This document shows, one piece after another, positions 61,356-64,000 of a stretch of DNA of 64,000 bases. Numbering within the stretch: the stretch's first letter is position 1; every line of letters begins with the position of its first letter. The stretch is taken from the NCBI GenBank assembly GCA_963775425.1, contig CAVZJB010000011.1:800001-864000 (forward strand), given 5' to 3'. The position numbers were made by a program, and so were the translations under genes. The stretch is from an uncultured delta proteobacterium (GTDB taxonomy: Bacteria > Myxococcota > UBA727 > VGSZ01). The notes beneath the pieces are model-generated. The model did not search any database. It had not been told where the DNA came from and worked only from the letters and a program-made list of their open reading frames with translations.

Positions 61356-62813
61356 ATGCGCCACTGTTTCATCCTGGCGATCGCGTGGGGCGCCGCCGCC
61401 TGCGGTCCCGTCCCCGGCCCCGTCGCCGTCGTCGTCACCGGTGAGGACGCGCCCGGCGACGACGGGGGCGACGGCGGCGCGGGTGACACGGACGGCGGCG
61501 CGGGCGACACCAACGGCGGCAGCGGCGCGGGCGACACCAACGGCGGCAGCGGCGGCGCGGGTGACATGGGCGGCGGCAGCGGCGGCGCGGGCGACACCAA
61601 CGGCGGCAGCGGCGCGGGCGACACCAACGGCGGCAGCGGCGCGGGTGACATGGGCGGCGGCAGCGGCGGCGCGGGTGACATGGGCGGCGGCAGCGGCGCC
61701 GGCGACACCAACGGCGGCAGCGGCGGTGGCGGCCCGGGCGACACCAACGGCGGCACCGCCGCGGGAGGCGGCTTCGTCGGCGCCGCCTGCGACGCCGACG
61801 GCGCCTGCGCGCTCGACGGGGCCTTCTGCATGGTCGACGAGGAGGGCTGGCCCGCGGGGACGTGCACGCTGCCGTGCACCCACCTGTGCCCCGATGACCC
61901 GTCGTCGCCGACGACGTTCTGCGTCGCGGACCCCGGCGGCGACGGCGGCGTCTGCGTCTCCCGCTGCGACCCCGCGCGCTTCGGCGGCGACGGTTGCCGC
62001 GCCGGCTACGCCTGCGTCGACACCGCCCGCTTCGACGATCCCGCAACCGTACGCGGCGTCTGCGTTCCCGCGGGCCTCGACGCCGGCGGCGCGAGCGACG
62101 GCCAGTGCGTCGCCACGGACCTCCCCACCCCGAACGCCGGCATCGAGGAGCCCCCCGGCCTCGACGGCTGCCCCCGCGGCATGGCGCTCGTCGGCGACAC
62201 CGGCGTCTGCATGGATCGCTGGGAGGCCTTCCTGGTCGTGGTCGACGACAGCGGCGCCGAGCTCCCGTTCTCGCCCTTCGAAAACCCCGCCGCCCACGAG
62301 GTGCGCGCCAAGAGCGCGCCCGGCGCCGTGCCCCAGGGCTACATCAGCGGCCTCGAGGCCGCCGGCGCCTGCGCCGCCGCCGGCAAGCGCCTGTGCAAAA
62401 ACCCCGAGTGGACCCGCGCCTGCCGCGGCGCCGGCAACACCGTCTACCCCTACGGCGACACGCGCGAGCCCGGCGTCTGCAACGACGCGCGCGCCGTCCA
62501 CCCCGCCGTCGAGTACTTCGGCACCAGCGCGGATTGGATCTGGTCGTCGCTCGGCCACCCGTGCATCAACCAGCAGCACGACACCGTCGACCTCACCGGT
62601 GAAAACGCCGGCTGCGTCGACGACAGCGGCCGCTTCTTCGACCTCATGGGCAACCTGCACGAGTGGATCGACGACCCCGCCGGCACCTTCCGCGGCGGCT
62701 ACTACGTCGACACGCACCTGAACGGCGACGGGTGTCTGTACACCACCACCGCCCACGACACGTCCCACTGGGACTACTCCACCGGCTTTCGCTGCTGCGC
62801 CGACCACCCCTGA
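61356..62813 (+). CDS. Lipoprotein with Gly-rich linker, Cys-rich repeats and FGE-sulfatase (SUMF1) domain
   Basis: AAAC; CPRGM, CMDRWE, GKRLC, YPYG, DLMGNLHEW, RGG, GFRCC. Confidence 0.87.
   Translation: MRHCFILAIAWGAAACGPVPGPVAVVVTGEDAPGDDGGDGGAGDTDGGAGDTNGGSGAGDTNGGSGGAGDMGGGSGGAGDTNGGSGAGDTNGGSGAGDMGGGSGGAGDMGGGSGAGDTNGGSGGGGPGDTNGGTAAGGGFVGAACDADGACALDGAFCMVDEEGWPAGTCTLPCTHLCPDDPSSPTTFCVADPGGDGGVCVSRCDPARFGGDGCRAGYACVDTARFDDPATVRGVCVPAGLDAGGASDGQCVATDLPTPNAGIEEPPGLDGCPRGMALVGDTGVCMDRWEAFLVVVDDSGAELPFSPFENPAAHEVRAKSAPGAVPQGYISGLEAAGACAAAGKRLCKNPEWTRACRGAGNTVYPYGDTREPGVCNDARAVHPAVEYFGTSADWIWSSLGHPCINQQHDTVDLTGENAGCVDDSGRFFDLMGNLHEWIDDPAGTFRGGYYVDTHLNGDGCLYTTTAHDTSHWDYSTGFRCCADHP
61477..61755 (+). 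repeat. Imperfect 27-30 bp tandem repeats encoding G(G)AGD(TN/M)GGS
   Basis: About 10 units such as GGCGCGGGCGACACCAACGGCGGCAGC. Confidence 0.9.
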
Positions 62814-62832
62814 CTCGTGCTACCAACGGGGC

Positions 62833-64000
62833 ATGGGGCGGGGGGAAACGCAGCCGAAGCTGCCGCCGGTGGCGGCGCTCATCCACTGGCTCGACCTCAC
62901 GCTGCGCGTCGCCGACTTCCGCCTCAACCGTCCCGGCAAGACGGGCCTCGCGCCGTCGCTCATCGCCACCCTCGGCCTCGTGCTCTACGTCGTCGTCGCC
63001 GGCCCAGCCGCAGGCAACCCCGCGCGTAGCGCCGTCGCCGCCGGCGTCGCCGTGGTCCTCACCGGCCTCGTCTGGGCGCTCTTTCGCGCCTGGGGCCGGC
63101 CGCCGCCGCACCTCGCTGCGCTCGTCGAGTGCGCCGTCGTCGTCGTCACCGGCGTCGCCGTTCGGTGCGCCGGCGCCGAGCGCCAGGCCGACGGCATCCT
63201 CTATCGCCACCTCGCGCTCCCCGTCATCGGCACCGTAGTTGTCTCCATCGCCGCCGCCGCCGCGTGCGCGCGCTTCGTCTTCGACCGCGGCCGCACCCGC
63301 CGGCGCGCCGCGCAGGCCGCGCTCACCCTCAAGCGCTACCTGCGCACCACCGAGCTGTTTCGGCCCGAAGAGCGCGTTACGGCCGGCGTATGGGAGCTGT
63401 TGCGCGGCGCGCTCCTCGTCCCCGTGCGCGCACCGCTGCAACTCTTCCTCGTGCCCGCCGCCCTCGTCCTCGTCGCCGAGGCCGAGTGGTTGGCGCCGCT
63501 CGCCGTCGCCGGCCTCGCGTTCGCGTGGCTCGTGCTCGCGTTCGGAAACGTCCACGATCGCCTCGACATGGTCTTGCGCGTGCTCAGCCCGTTGTTCGCG
63601 CAGGGCGCCGCGGGCCTCGTCAGCGTCGGCGTCATCGTCCTCGCCCTCGTCCGCTTCGCCGGCGTCAGCTACGTCACCACGTTCCTCGACTCCGCCGACC
63701 GCACCACCATCTTCGCCGTCATCGGCTCCGCGTACGCGATCTTGTGGTGGTTCGACGCGTGGCAGGCGCGCCTCGCCTCGGATCGCGTGGTGCGCGCCCT
63801 CGGCAGCGCCGACGGCACGCGGCTCGACTTCGACCTCGACCCCGGCGCGCAGCTCACGTCGGTGCCCGCGCGGGGACGCCGCCTCATGGTCCACGGCGCC
63901 TCGCGCTTCGCCGTGGTCCACGACAGCGACGACGACCTCCCGTTCTTCCACACATGGACGGCGTCCGCGCTCGTCGAAGCCCTCGCGCGCGATCGGTTGC
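62833..64000 (+). CDS. Polytopic membrane protein of unknown function (runs off the window edge)
   Basis: Frame starting ATG GGG CGG GGG GAA (MGRGETQPKLPPVAALIHWLD...) with hydrophobic segments and GC3 bias. Confidence 0.7.
   Translation, partial: MGRGETQPKLPPVAALIHWLDLTLRVADFRLNRPGKTGLAPSLIATLGLVLYVVVAGPAAGNPARSAVAAGVAVVLTGLVWALFRAWGRPPPHLAALVECAVVVVTGVAVRCAGAERQADGILYRHLALPVIGTVVVSIAAAAACARFVFDRGRTRRRAAQAALTLKRYLRTTELFRPEERVTAGVWELLRGALLVPVRAPLQLFLVPAALVLVAEAEWLAPLAVAGLAFAWLVLAFGNVHDRLDMVLRVLSPLFAQGAAGLVSVGVIVLALVRFAGVSYVTTFLDSADRTTIFAVIGSAYAILWWFDAWQARLASDRVVRALGSADGTRLDFDLDPGAQLTSVPARGRRLMVHGASRFAVVHDSDDDLPFFHTWTASALVEALARDRL

Noticed and set aside
61477-61755. About 30-bp periodic repeats as a possible CRISPR array
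   Set aside because: In-frame Gly-rich linker with no unique spacers

Overview
Very GC-rich chromosomal window (about 70% or more by eye). Gene content (sigma54 promoters, Cys-rich lipoproteins, PilZ/TPR, ACIII-caa3) points to a Myxococcota/deltaproteobacterium. Left to right it holds: the start of an arsR-arsD-arsA operon; a block of secreted and lipoprotein genes (di-haem cytochrome c, vWA/TSP3, EXORDIUM-like, DUF6600); a PAS kinase; ppsA; an alternative complex III (actA-G) plus A2-type caa3 oxidase operon; an osmo/ion-stress region (otsB, GH15, MscS, CPA1 antiporter, fused sugar SBP-permease, ClC, NhaR-like); a cytochrome P460 lipoprotein; and assorted regulators. Two translationally coupled operons are the best candidates for undescribed systems. 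(i) 37135-39670: a His-rich protein with an internally duplicated Cys-x3/4-GP-x2-H-x3-N motif, an unknown alpha/beta protein and an atypical ArsB/NhaD/SLC13 permease. (ii) 39771-44909: a GbsR repressor with a clear palindromic operator, a Get3/ArsA-HSP20 ATPase with Asn at the catalytic Asp position, and a LolCDE/MacB-type ABC transporter. There are several deletion remnants (SDR; NmrA/MarR) and single-base frameshifts; two of the frameshifts are identical GATC->GAATC changes that may be sequencing artefacts. No rRNA, tRNA, CRISPR array or intact mobile element was recognised. All family calls come from motif recognition, not database searches.
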